The notes beneath the pieces are model-generated. The model had not been told where the DNA came from. It saw only the letters and a list, made by a program, of their open reading frames with translations, and did no database searches. A stretch of DNA of 43,199 bases from a virus. This document shows, in pieces, positions 8,301 to 16,469 of this stretch. Position 1 is the stretch's first letter; every line of letters begins with the position of its first letter. The position numbers and the translations under genes were made by a program. The stretch is taken from IMG/VR virus record IMGVR_UViG_3300028902_000016; one strand, written 5' to 3'.

Positions 8301-8585
8301 GCTCGCATTGGTCGCATACGGCCTGGCATGCTCCCAGTCTTGGACGAAGCTCGCGGTGATCCTGAATTGCAGGTTCTCGACCGATAGGTCGGTTCTGGAT
8401 GAGTTTCCACCGATGCCTTCGTTGATCTCGAAGACGTTGCGGTCCTTGCCTGGATAGTCGTATGGCGCGGTTGGCGGGAAGTTCAGAAAGACGTCGCAGG
8501 TTCTGGATTTCGCCTGAAGCGTGAAGTCGCCCGAGAAGACGAGCGTTCGAGCATTGCCCGTCGCCTTGATTGCAGGTAGTGCCAT
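5361..8585 (-). CDS. Large tail-tip / host-specificity protein with C-terminal BNR (sialidase-like) repeats (1074 aa)
   Basis: Largest ORF, downstream of the tape measure and the 902-aa tail protein. The C-terminal about 250 aa carry Asp-box motifs SFDEGQTW and SVDDGASF. Confidence 0.7.
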   Translation of the reverse strand: MALPAIKATGNARTLVFSGDFTLQAKSRTCDVFLNFPPTAPYDYPGKDRNVFEINEGIGGNSSRTDLSVENLQFRITASFVQDWEHARPYATNASIVTNRPKFTLSLKVEILNTSGLLATVYNSSSVEYGTGYQESKEKTGSFSIEMDVIEVLRWKSFNVSTTSIPNPFDASPQWPSRYLIYEERFANAANNLRWDVSLGSLSTTGSRSFSALDPDSASILYFGPSDYGMTLGANAFGTVISGIPLQAKIENVVCANWTSFSHTGQVYNILTGAWEGGAGIFTETAKVSSDVAFWETVDPGDLVWSKVTNTTAGITYQFTGEGVYSQPSFNSGAGRYDFGFPTYTNRGQVAQTVRVSPPLKVRINGVAKQFSDPYLNAVRFFTNLKSDDYFYNAAGAFSKSFTLQERKVNAHSAVSSPSGSRASVYNQQAQISPFYCSLDAAHASSFGEDANDNRASFITKVVDIIEVESASEITHDDFGSTTGWAGTNATLGSSGTAVTITATGSSASATRTYSPKLNTETKRFLKLRVKLNSGPKTLYFKVNGGKKWSFVTGAANTWTDIEIDTMLPNVDQGSGSDHRDNRWPCASVSADEPTNEAKYQGVNRISTMEISGLGSGDVLDLDYLKGFTKSFEKLTILNSDLRTDFVSGYVSDGFDVKRGAIAITDGRTSLELWPNYKYLGSYLTRSIADFVADGDKFLGWNWTALSPNVLDSWTNTNIVAPEVGGGGWLWNGTTWVDYTNMTLSGLETLQATLYVDLIQFYPGIGNPFTDLNYDDYTAELQLYCSHIFRGQAHGIVWNSSFEPVGGALLVASETTGGAPAGSAISDSVGYFETIPPARPFRGLTISHIGSSIGSVSTGVYPRRQHRVGGIVTEPGFGNPWCLHSKIGQYHRVSVKDGDVWHHRASFSAPFGGFEKDGTVTASADCSHPRLVEDARNVLYLFYIRSGSGLYYRPSFDEGQTWGDETLLIASAYFATVATDPLGTILAFGFVYNSGTSGPGKIKMRRRGPGDSSFSSAVNVKSEGVDLQFEPDTFHVSYDNQGPGRWIAVWKISGETDVTEWESVDDGASFKQVT

Positions 8586-8712
8586 GTGTTTGCAGGGCTA
8601 AGTAGCAGACAATTAGTAACTGGAACCATTGCTCGACTACGGCTAAAATGCGTCCGTGCGAATCAGTTCACCAATCTTTTGCGACAGAGTTGAAGAAGAG
8701 CCAACTGGCACA

Positions 8713-9051
8713 ATGGCGATACGTGAAGTAATTCGCGCCGTTTCTGTCCCGGAATTTCCGCGCGGTGGGAAGATGCTTGCCCTGTACCAGATTGAATTCG
8801 ACCCAGACGAAGAAGGCGTCGACCATACTTTTCGGGTTGTGATACAAAGCCCAGATTTGAAAGCGGTTGGGGGCTCAACCGAATTGTATAGCTTCCGGGC
8901 CCCATACTGCGAATTCGCTGGCCCAGCAAGTCTCTTTGTCTACTGCGAAGTAGGGGTTAACTTCGACACCGCAGGGATCTACCCAACGGTATTACTGATC
9001 GATGAAGAGCCCGTTAACGTCTTCGGGTTGCTTGTTTTGCGGGCTGTGTGA
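8713..9051 (+). CDS. Plus-strand accessory gene embedded in the tail module (113 aa, unknown function)
   Basis: ORF opposite to all neighbours. ATG at 8713 (MAIREVIRAV...); the track ORF begins at GTG 8656. A TAAAAT -10-like hexamer lies at 8644-8649. Which start is used is uncertain. Confidence 0.55.
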   Translation: MAIREVIRAVSVPEFPRGGKMLALYQIEFDPDEEGVDHTFRVVIQSPDLKAVGGSTELYSFRAPYCEFAGPASLFVYCEVGVNFDTAGIYPTVLLIDEEPVNVFGLLVLRAV

Positions 9052-9170
9052 TTTTGCCTAGCAGGACAACTCGTGGAGGCATTCCAAACTCAGTGGCGAT
9101 TCGCGTCTGATCATCAGTTCTTGATTTCTTGCTGACGCCTGGCTGTGGTTGCATCTGTTTCATTTTTCAC

Positions 9171-9419
9171 CTATAGAATCGGGTGGTTTGGATCGTCCAC
9201 CGCGTCGTAATCGACCATGTAGTAAAAGAGCCCGAAGGTATCGCTTCCTGGGTCGATGTCTTGGATGGGATCGACATGAGCCACCTGCAATTGGGCGAGG
9301 TCGGTAAATGATGTCCCTAGTTTCGCTTGCGAACTCAGTTGCCTTCTTACAGGTGGTTGCGCCATGAGTTTGGCGGCAACCTTTAAGGCCTGCCTTCGTA
9401 GATTTCCGAGTGATCTCAT
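9171..9419 (-). CDS. Hypothetical protein (82 aa)
   Basis: ATGA overlap (9416-9419) with the stop of the 902-aa gene. No motif recognised. Confidence 0.5.
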   Translation of the reverse strand: MRSLGNLRRQALKVAAKLMAQPPVRRQLSSQAKLGTSFTDLAQLQVAHVDPIQDIDPGSDTFGLFYYMVDYDAVDDPNHPIL

Positions 9420-12124
9420 ATCCCAAAAATGCTAAGTCCACACTGGACCATGTTCTCAAGAAGTAAGTCGTAGTTATTCAGAGCGGGCACGCTGAATAAC
9501 TCGTAAACCGCCATTTGGATGCGGTCACCACCCTTAGTAGCTGAATAATCAACATTACAGCTCTCCACGATGAACTGCTCGCCATTCACCAGCACGGGGT
9601 CACCGAACTGGAGCTTGCGCGGCCTGATCTGCAAGTCGTCTGACGCATCAGTCACAAGGACGACCGGTCCCTCGAAGCTGAGTCTCTTCTGAGCATGGCA
9701 AGCCATGTCATAGGTTCGCCTGCACATCAACTTGACAGCGTTCTGACTAGTGAGGCCAGGATCGAATTTCACAATTGGCACAATGCGCCCTAGGTAATCT
9801 GGGTGAGTCGGATCTGGCGCAATCGGCTGATCCGCGCTGAATCGTGCGCTTACCCAGTTAATGGCACTCTCTTGTAGCGCGTACTGCCCCTCTTGCCCCG
9901 CTGCCAATGGAGTACCCGGCACGCCCGCAGTCGTTGCCCCCTGCACCAGCACGTAGTTGCCCTCAGGCGGGACGATCCATTCCCGAAGCGTTCCGTACCG
10001 AATGAAAGCTCTCTTGATCGTCTGATCGCCATCAGTCGTAGAGACAAACGTGTCTAGGTTGACGGCGCTCGATAAGGTCGTAGCGTTAGACTCGTAGAGA
10101 AACTCCGCCAGGTTCACATAAGGCGGTCTCGGTGGAATCTTGAGCCTCCAGCAGCCGTACTTGTTGCCATCGGGCCCTTCGTTGGTGGCATTCGCATCGA
10201 ATATGAAGTAGCCGCCAAGATAGTCTTTAGCCAAGTCCGCAATCAGCGGACCAACTTCCGTGTACATCTCAAAGATGGCTTTGGAGCCAGGTGGCACGAT
10301 GAGCCTGATATTGATATCGGGCACATCCACCATCGAGATGGGATAGTAGGCGTACAATGCCTCTCGGATGACGTCCGTGACCTTCTTAGGTTGCGGGATA
10401 GCAAGGGTGGCCTGGTCGTAGCTGTAGTCCAAGAGCCTTGGAAGTTGCAGCTCGAAGAGCCGCTTCCATTCTCCGAGTGCGGTAACCGCGTAGCTTCTCC
10501 AGATGTCTCGCTCGGTGGCAGCTGCCCCTTTGAATCCCCTGGTTCGCTTGCGTGGCCTTCGGTCCGTCTTCGCCTGGATTGCCCTGCCCTGGAATAGTGT
10601 GGTCGTCTTTGTGGCGTCCGCTGGGTCATACTTCGCCTCGATCCTCATGGGCATGTCTGCCCGGAAGTAAAGCGGAAAGTCCGTACCGGATCGATCATGG
10701 ACAACCAGGCTCGCCATTTCGTGGCTCGGGTCCCCTGATGGCCCCGTGATGCTGATTCGATCCTTCTTGGAGACGGCGAACTCTTCGACCTCGGTATCTG
10801 CAAAGACGGCGTTCCTTACGAGCCGAATCGTCCTCAATGTGGGAGTCTTGCGTCCACTTGCGTTCGATGCGTTAGTCAGGATCGCATAGTATCGAGTCTT
10901 CCCGTAGATCGGGGTGAAGTACTTGTACCCTCCGAACTCGTGAGCACTGCCCGAGTCGGTCACAGTCAGGGCAGTATCGTCGGAGGCGTCGTAAAGCTGC
11001 ACGTCGACGGCAGCGTCGCCAGGAATGTCCCCGTACCAATCAAACCGGATTGGCACCGTGGTGTCCATCGGAATGAACGGCAACCCGAACGTGATCGTGC
11101 GCAGCTCGCCTTCAGGGAAGTGAATCGCCCTACTGACCTGGAAGAGCGCCCGCACGTCTCGCCGCACGTCGATCCTGATCGGGACGAGCGATGTATTGTT
11201 CGGTTCATATCTCTCCGGCACGTAGAACTGCCATTCAGGGCCACCAAGAGCCGCCACCGCGAGAGCCACGCTAGATTGCACTAGGTTGCCCATGGATTGG
11301 AACTGGAAGCCGATCCTAGTTCCAACGTATTTAGATCCAGCGGACTGGAACTTGGCGTCGCTCGCGATAGTGACGAAATGCCAGTTGCCGACCACTTGCG
11401 AGTTCTGAGTCCACCGCAGCGTATGCCGAACTCTCCATGTCTCGTCGGTCAGCCTTTCCCAGAGCTTGGCTTGCCCGTCGCCGTACATCTTGAGGCAGTA
11501 TTGGCCCTTGCCGGATGCCGCCCCTTCGGTTTGGTACTCGCTGAACGTCCTGGTGGCGAGCCCTGAGAAAAAGATCGAGATCAGGGTCTGCTTTGCCTGG
11601 CCATTAAATCCAGGAATGAAGAACCGAAAGACGATCTTCTCGTTTGGCAGGTGGTTCGTCGTGGTGATTCCCACGCGGTCCATTGCAATGTAGTCGGTCG
11701 TCGTGTCCGGGGAGGCATAAGACGATTGGTCTGCCGAGTGACGGTAGGCGGCATCGTTCCAGTTGTCATCATCGGCCACTCGCTTCTGGTTGAATTGGTC
11801 TCCAGATGCCTTCAGGCTCCCCACTCCGACGCTTGCAAGATCGTCTGGCCGCTTAAAAATAGCGAACGTCGAGAACCCGGTAGGCAGGTTTAGCGCCTCG
11901 ACGCCTGGATCAGCTTCTTCTCCTTCATGAAGGAAGGATGCAATCGAGTTATAAGACGCAATCTGCCAGCCGACGCCAGGCACATAGGTCATATGGCTGT
12001 TGAGCTTCTCGTCTTTGCTGATCTGCTCGAAACTCAACTCGTGCAGATATGCGGGCTCTTGAATATTGTCGATCGTTGGTGTGTCGAAAGTAACGACCGT
12101 CTCGCGTCCTGGAGTAACTGCCAT
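9416..12124 (-). CDS. Tail protein (distal tail / tip complex component, 902 aa)
   Basis: Large ORF following the tape measure region in the minus-strand late operon. Assignment is by position and size only. Confidence 0.65.
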   Translation of the reverse strand: MAVTPGRETVVTFDTPTIDNIQEPAYLHELSFEQISKDEKLNSHMTYVPGVGWQIASYNSIASFLHEGEEADPGVEALNLPTGFSTFAIFKRPDDLASVGVGSLKASGDQFNQKRVADDDNWNDAAYRHSADQSSYASPDTTTDYIAMDRVGITTTNHLPNEKIVFRFFIPGFNGQAKQTLISIFFSGLATRTFSEYQTEGAASGKGQYCLKMYGDGQAKLWERLTDETWRVRHTLRWTQNSQVVGNWHFVTIASDAKFQSAGSKYVGTRIGFQFQSMGNLVQSSVALAVAALGGPEWQFYVPERYEPNNTSLVPIRIDVRRDVRALFQVSRAIHFPEGELRTITFGLPFIPMDTTVPIRFDWYGDIPGDAAVDVQLYDASDDTALTVTDSGSAHEFGGYKYFTPIYGKTRYYAILTNASNASGRKTPTLRTIRLVRNAVFADTEVEEFAVSKKDRISITGPSGDPSHEMASLVVHDRSGTDFPLYFRADMPMRIEAKYDPADATKTTTLFQGRAIQAKTDRRPRKRTRGFKGAAATERDIWRSYAVTALGEWKRLFELQLPRLLDYSYDQATLAIPQPKKVTDVIREALYAYYPISMVDVPDINIRLIVPPGSKAIFEMYTEVGPLIADLAKDYLGGYFIFDANATNEGPDGNKYGCWRLKIPPRPPYVNLAEFLYESNATTLSSAVNLDTFVSTTDGDQTIKRAFIRYGTLREWIVPPEGNYVLVQGATTAGVPGTPLAAGQEGQYALQESAINWVSARFSADQPIAPDPTHPDYLGRIVPIVKFDPGLTSQNAVKLMCRRTYDMACHAQKRLSFEGPVVLVTDASDDLQIRPRKLQFGDPVLVNGEQFIVESCNVDYSATKGGDRIQMAVYELFSVPALNNYDLLLENMVQCGLSIFGI

Positions 12125-12149
12125 AGAAAACCTTTGTTATAATGCGGCT

Positions 12150-12521
12150 ATGAAGCAAGACCCGATGGACACGTCATGGGCGCCAGCTGCCGATGCTTAT
12201 CGGAGTCGAGGATTTCCAGTATGGGCAACCATTGCTGCCTCTGTCGGGATTACAATCTTTGTGCTTTGGTTGTTTTTTGGTCGCGATTGGGCTGCTGCAC
12301 GAACCTTGAGTGATGAGTTTGAGCGAAGGATAGAGGCTCAGGAACTCCGAAACAAAGCGCGTGACTCGTACTTCGAGACCGAATCAAAAATAAAGGACCC
12401 TAGGGTTGAAAAGTGGTATGGCGTTGACCGCAGGACAAACATGGGTACAGTCCTTCTTCGTCCCCCAACCGCTATCGAGCGAAGCCAAATGGAATGGACA
12501 CATGTCCCGGCGAAGCCATAG
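12150..12521 (+). CDS. Plus-strand accessory gene: single-pass membrane protein (123 aa)
   Basis: ATG at 12150 (MKQDPMDTSW...). One hydrophobic helix, FPVWATIAASVGITIFVLWLFFG. TATAAT at 12138-12143 lies only 6 nt before the ATG and there is no Shine-Dalgarno. Convergent with the Zn-ribbon gene at 12522. Confidence 0.6.
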   Translation: MKQDPMDTSWAPAADAYRSRGFPVWATIAASVGITIFVLWLFFGRDWAAARTLSDEFERRIEAQELRNKARDSYFETESKIKDPRVEKWYGVDRRTNMGTVLLRPPTAIERSQMEWTHVPAKP

Positions 12522-12737
12522 TCAGAGGCCCAGGAACTTTTGCCACCAGGATCGCTTCCTAAAGTCCGTCATGCAGTGAAGGCATGCGCCGATCCACGGA
12601 GCGTAAAGCTTTCCGCATTTTGGGCAGTTAGTTGCTAACCGCTGATCTTCCGGCGCGGCATCGGCCCTTGTCGGAAGCACGATGATCTTCTCTGGTTTGA
12701 TGACTCGAATACCATCATTATATGTGAAATGCTCCAA
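12522..12737 (-). CDS. Small zinc-ribbon protein (71 aa)
   Basis: CPKCG...CLHC motif. Lies in the late operon directly after the tape measure, with a 20-nt overlap. Confidence 0.55.
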   Translation of the reverse strand: MEHFTYNDGIRVIKPEKIIVLPTRADAAPEDQRLATNCPKCGKLYAPWIGACLHCMTDFRKRSWWQKFLGL

Positions 12738-14145
12738 GTTGGAGCGCCTGAGATTGCATCGAGTTCTCTAATTGCATGTACCGCTGAGCCGCAGGTAGCG
12801 CCCCACGGGATCGAGGGCCTCCGCCCATTTGCTCGGCTTGATCCTTCATGACGCGCCCGAGATCCTTTAGCGCCTGAGTGTTCTCCTTGATTGGGTCTCC
12901 GCCTGCTTTGTCGTAAGGGTTCTTTAGGTTGATCGGCATTGGGCCAACTAACCCAGCCATATTCGCCATGTTGACCATTGCGGACATCCATTGTGGCGAG
13001 CCAGGAGTTTTGAGCATGTCGCCAGACATGACAGCGTTAACGCCGCCCATGAACTTGCCGCCAGCCTCTCTTACGAACTGATTCCAAAAGTTTCCAAAGA
13101 TTTCTTTGTTGGCGCGGTACTCAGCTTCCTGTCTGCGCTCTTCGGGCGATCCGTAGTCTCCCATGCTTCGCTTCAACCGGTTGTAGGTACTGCTGGATAA
13201 GTCCCGATACTGAAGCTCGGAAGTCATTCCAAGGTCTCTGGCAACACGGATTGCGTCGACGTCGTTCTTGATGTTGCGAATCTCATCGATGGCTTTCAGG
13301 TAGTTCGTGGCCTTGTTGACCGTGTAGACCCCCTGATCCATGATGCCCTTGGATCGCATGTAAGCCGCGCCATAGCCTCCTCCACGCAGCCTCTCTCCGA
13401 ATTCGACCGCCTTCTCTGCCGCTTGTTGGGCAGTGAGACCGATGAAGCCTCCAAGCGCGGCGACCTGCCCGGTTTGCGCTGAATTGCCCCCTGCGGTCCA
13501 GTAGGCTCCAGAACCGGCCCTCATGCTCGATGCCGCATTCTCAACCAGTTGCCCGCCTGCAACCACGCCAGCGGCCGCTATAGCAGCGGGAATAGCAAGC
13601 TTGGTGATCATCGGGACCATCGCCCCGATGTTGGCGAACCTTTCCACTTCGGCAATGATTTTCTGAGGATCGATCAGCCCGGCAGACGCCAGCTTGTTCA
13701 CAAGCGGCATCACCTGCATCTTTCCACCGGAGAACCCGAGCCTGGAAGTCATTACCGCGTCCATCAGCTTCTCGGCCTGGGTCTTCTCGCCACCGGTCTC
13801 TAGGAGCTTCTGATCACGTGAAACATTGCGCTTGGCCCTGAGGATCGAGACGTCGAGCCCTTTAAGATCGTCCGGGGCATAGCCGTCCATCTCGGCAAGC
13901 CGTCTTTGCAGCTGTAGGTTGTCGAGCCTGGCCCATGAATCCGACCAACTCTTACCACCGCCTCCGCCAAGGATGCCGCCTCCGCCTCCTCCTGCGCGTC
14001 CACCAACGCCACGGCCGATGGAGCTAGCGTCCTGCCCTGCCCCCTTGATCTGATCCCGGATGACCTCCAGTTTCTCGGCTACCTTGTCGAAGCCAGAGAG
14101 AGCCTTCTCCAGTCCCGGCATTTCCAGTGCGATTTCGTAAGCCAT
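12718..14145 (-). CDS. Tape measure protein (475 aa)
   Basis: Lies immediately downstream of the G/GT chaperone pair. Helix-rich, Gly-run (GGRAGGGGGGILGGGGG) and Ala/Gly-rich hydrophobic segments typical of tape measure proteins. Confidence 0.8.
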   Translation of the reverse strand: MAYEIALEMPGLEKALSGFDKVAEKLEVIRDQIKGAGQDASSIGRGVGGRAGGGGGGILGGGGGKSWSDSWARLDNLQLQRRLAEMDGYAPDDLKGLDVSILRAKRNVSRDQKLLETGGEKTQAEKLMDAVMTSRLGFSGGKMQVMPLVNKLASAGLIDPQKIIAEVERFANIGAMVPMITKLAIPAAIAAAGVVAGGQLVENAASSMRAGSGAYWTAGGNSAQTGQVAALGGFIGLTAQQAAEKAVEFGERLRGGGYGAAYMRSKGIMDQGVYTVNKATNYLKAIDEIRNIKNDVDAIRVARDLGMTSELQYRDLSSSTYNRLKRSMGDYGSPEERRQEAEYRANKEIFGNFWNQFVREAGGKFMGGVNAVMSGDMLKTPGSPQWMSAMVNMANMAGLVGPMPINLKNPYDKAGGDPIKENTQALKDLGRVMKDQAEQMGGGPRSRGALPAAQRYMQLENSMQSQALQLGAFHI

Positions 14146-14147
14146 GG

Positions 14148-14854
14148 TTAGAACACGAATTCAAGTGCGGAATCTTCGGAGTCTTCGACGAGAGCGTCGT
14201 CAAACTCATCCTCTTCCATTTCCCGAAGCTCGAAAAGATCGTCCATCCAGCCTGAACCTAACGGCTCGGGCGGTGGTCCTGGGTCCTGATCGATCGCAGA
14301 GCAGAGCCTGCGAAGACATTCGGACTGATACTGCGCGTGTGAGACTTGGTGGGCGATTACGGCGACGTGTCCGATTCCGTATTGGAGTCCGAGTCGGACG
14401 GCTGCTCCATAAACGCCGTCCAGACTCCTTTTGGGTCTTCGCCACCTTGGATCAAGTAGAACGCGGCCCTGAACTGATCCCACGCTTCGGGAAGGCATGG
14501 AGCAAGGCTCAGTATCTCGATGGCCGTGTACTTCTCTTCGCCGTCTTGCGGAGACTGTGCGGCCTCCATTCGGCAAGCCAGATGGAAAGCCTTCTCGCTG
14601 AGAACGAGCGGCTCCCCATCGACTGCGCTAAGCGGGCACGGGTCTTTGACGTACCCGCGCCCCTCATCGACCCATCCGCCAGTGATGTACTTGCGGACAT
14701 GCTCTTCGGCGCTTTGCCCTGCCGCTTGTTCCTCTAGGGGATCGAGCCGGCGAAGCCACATCACCCATTCTTGCCCAGGGTTGGACTCGTCGGTGAATGC
14801 GTATCGAAGAGCGGGCCTTGACGGCCTCTTGAGAAATACAGGGTTGAGTTTCAT
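14148..14854 (-). CDS. Tail assembly chaperone frameshift product (gpGT-like; -1 shift at 14429-14435)
   Basis: Shifting -1 at C-CCA-AAA gives ...DPK|RSLDGVYGAAVRLGLQYG..., which is exactly the reading of ORF 14148..14576. That ORF ends in an acidic tail (EMEEDEFDDALVEDSEDSALEFVF) 2 nt before the tape measure ATG. Confidence 0.75.
14357..14854 (-). CDS. Tail assembly chaperone (gpG-like, 165 aa)
   Basis: Lies between the major tail protein and the tape measure. Contains the slippery heptamer near its 3' end, and an overlapping -1 frame ORF stays open to 14148. Confidence 0.8.
   Translation of the reverse strand: MKLNPVFLKRPSRPALRYAFTDESNPGQEWVMWLRRLDPLEEQAAGQSAEEHVRKYITGGWVDEGRGYVKDPCPLSAVDGEPLVLSEKAFHLACRMEAAQSPQDGEEKYTAIEILSLAPCLPEAWDQFRAAFYLIQGGEDPKGVWTAFMEQPSDSDSNTESDTSP
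14429..14435 (-). promoter_or_regulatory. -1 programmed frameshift slippery heptamer CCCAAAA (X XXY YYZ)
   Basis: Zero-frame codons are C CCA AAA. A 7-nt spacer is followed by the stem GGACGGC / GCCGTCC (plus coordinates 14396-14402 and 14415-14421). Confidence 0.7.
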
Positions 14855-14857
14855 GCG

Positions 14858-15325
14858 CTAAGCGGTGAAGGTGACGGTTGGAGTGGTTCCATCCGTGTCG
14901 AACGGCCTGAAACTAGCCTCGGCGACGTTCTTGCCAAAGCTCGACACTCCGTCTCCGAATCGGCCTCTGGTAGCCCACATCTCGTAGGACTGAGAGCCCC
15001 TTGTGAAGCTGACCTTGAACCGGTCGTAAGTAGCCATGAGCGTCGGCAGGAGAGAGACCACGGAAGGCGAAGTGATCTTCTTGCGAAGGATTTCGCCAAT
15101 CACGATCTCGTAATCCTCTAACGTGATTTCGTAGTTAGCGACCGTACCATCGACCGACTGGATCATCTCGTGCTGAGGGTCGCTGTTGAACCGAATGTAG
15201 TCCACGACTCCCGAAAGTGACGAAGTGGCCGCTGCGGTGAGGATATTATCAGCCCCTTCCGTGTAGCCGATGACGGTAACCGCCGTCAGGTGCCTGCCTT
15301 TGAGCCAGCCAGGAATGGATGCCAT
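14858..15325 (-). CDS. Major tail (tube) protein candidate (155 aa)
   Basis: Position directly upstream of the chaperone pair. Size and beta-rich composition fit. Preceded by GGAGGAG. There is no sheath gene anywhere in the window. Confidence 0.6.
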   Translation of the reverse strand: MASIPGWLKGRHLTAVTVIGYTEGADNILTAAATSSLSGVVDYIRFNSDPQHEMIQSVDGTVANYEITLEDYEIVIGEILRKKITSPSVVSLLPTLMATYDRFKVSFTRGSQSYEMWATRGRFGDGVSSFGKNVAEASFRPFDTDGTTPTVTFTA

Positions 15326-15504
15326 TAGTTATCTCCTCCGATTGGATTGTCGGTCCAATCTCGGACCGGTTCGTTGGTTTCGACCGCGCCTTCGGGAGCG
15401 GGTTCCGTGGTGTCGAGTTCGACCACCCGAGACTGACTTTGGCGAACGCCACCAAAGCCAGCAGGCGGAAGTGTTCGGGTTTCTAAGTAGCGTTTCTTCG
15501 CCAT
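15325..15504 (-). CDS. Small ORF absent from the track (59 aa)
   Basis: Hand translation: MAKKRYLETRTLPPAGFGGVRQSQSRVVELDTTEPAPEGAVETNEPVRDWTDNPIGGDN. The ATG at 15504 abuts the upstream stop (15505-15507), and the TAA overlaps the next ATG as TAATG at 15323-15327. It fills an otherwise empty 180-nt gap. Confidence 0.5.
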   Translation of the reverse strand: MAKKRYLETRTLPPAGFGGVRQSQSRVVELDTTEPAPEGAVETNEPVRDWTDNPIGGDN

Positions 15505-15975
15505 CTATTTCTCCAGTTTTGAGAGTTCGCGCTTGAGGTTCTCCATGCGGATTGGCTCCAGCGTCTTGCCGACCGCCTCATCGATTGGGCGGGCAAACAT
15601 CTTCGAGGTTCCCTTCTTCAGAAAGTCGCTCACTCGGGACTTGTTGGAGACGACCGGAACGGATTGGCCCTTCACGACTTTCGCCAGCGTCTTCCATGCG
15701 GCTTTGAAATCACCCCGCTGTGTATTGATGACCTCAGGTGGATCTTGCGGCGACCCGTGGCGAGTGGCGAACGGATGCCCTTCTCTCCTGAGTTGAGCTG
15801 ACGACTTGCGCCCAGAGCTGAAGTCCTTGGCGATCTTGACGCCAGTATCCGCGCTTCTTCGCTCTGCCGCCTCGATCAGCTTGGCCATGCGCTCGGCATC
15901 GCGCTTAATGCCACGAATGGCGGATTCAAGTGAACCTTTGGCCATCTTAGCTATCCGCGCCGACAAGTAGCCCAA
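15505..15975 (-). CDS. HK97 gp10-family tail-completion / neck protein (156 aa)
   Basis: Motif EGHPFATRHG and the overall pattern resemble the HK97 gp10 family. The start at 15975 is TTG; an alternative ATG lies at 15945. Confidence 0.6.
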   Translation of the reverse strand: MGYLSARIAKMAKGSLESAIRGIKRDAERMAKLIEAAERRSADTGVKIAKDFSSGRKSSAQLRREGHPFATRHGSPQDPPEVINTQRGDFKAAWKTLAKVVKGQSVPVVSNKSRVSDFLKKGTSKMFARPIDEAVGKTLEPIRMENLKRELSKLEK

Positions 15976-16465
15976 TGGACCAAGAGACGCATGCAGCGAT
16001 CAGTTTGACGTTCGCCTCCAGGAATGCGGCATTGGCATCGTTCATGGCGCTGCTGTCGATCTCGCACGTCTCATCGATGACTTGGAAGGTGGTAACGCCT
16101 GAGGTGACGTTCGGGTCGGCCTCATCGATGAAGTGCCCGATGTCGTAGGCCTTGCTGTGGACGTATTCCTGATTGTCTTGCCCCGTGCGGCTTCGAATCT
16201 GATCGATGTACCAAATCCTCACCGGCGCCCGTTTGGCCCTCATCGTGAGTCCGTAATCGTGATCATGGGTCAGTCTTCCAATTTCCACCACCACGTATGG
16301 AGCGGTGAGCGCCTCAGCGTCCCCGCCTTCAGATAGCGATAGCTCTTGGACGATGTTCTGCTGCAACGCCTGGAGCGACGTGAAGTAGTGGTCGGCATCG
16401 ACGCCCGCTTGCGTGAGAACAACCGCCTTGAGCTCGGCGGCGAATGCCGGATAGAAGTCTGCCAT
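15947..16465 (-). CDS. Head-tail joining / neck protein (172 aa)
   Basis: Assigned by position in the connector block between the capsid and tail genes. No motif recognised. Confidence 0.5.
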   Translation of the reverse strand: MADFYPAFAAELKAVVLTQAGVDADHYFTSLQALQQNIVQELSLSEGGDAEALTAPYVVVEIGRLTHDHDYGLTMRAKRAPVRIWYIDQIRSRTGQDNQEYVHSKAYDIGHFIDEADPNVTSGVTTFQVIDETCEIDSSAMNDANAAFLEANVKLIAACVSWSIGLLVGADS

Positions 16466-16469
16466 GAGC

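Noticed and set aside
904-8585. A diversity-generating retroelement targeting the fibre genes
   Set aside because: There is no reverse transcriptase gene anywhere in the window. I saw no template/variable repeat pair with adenine-specific differences.
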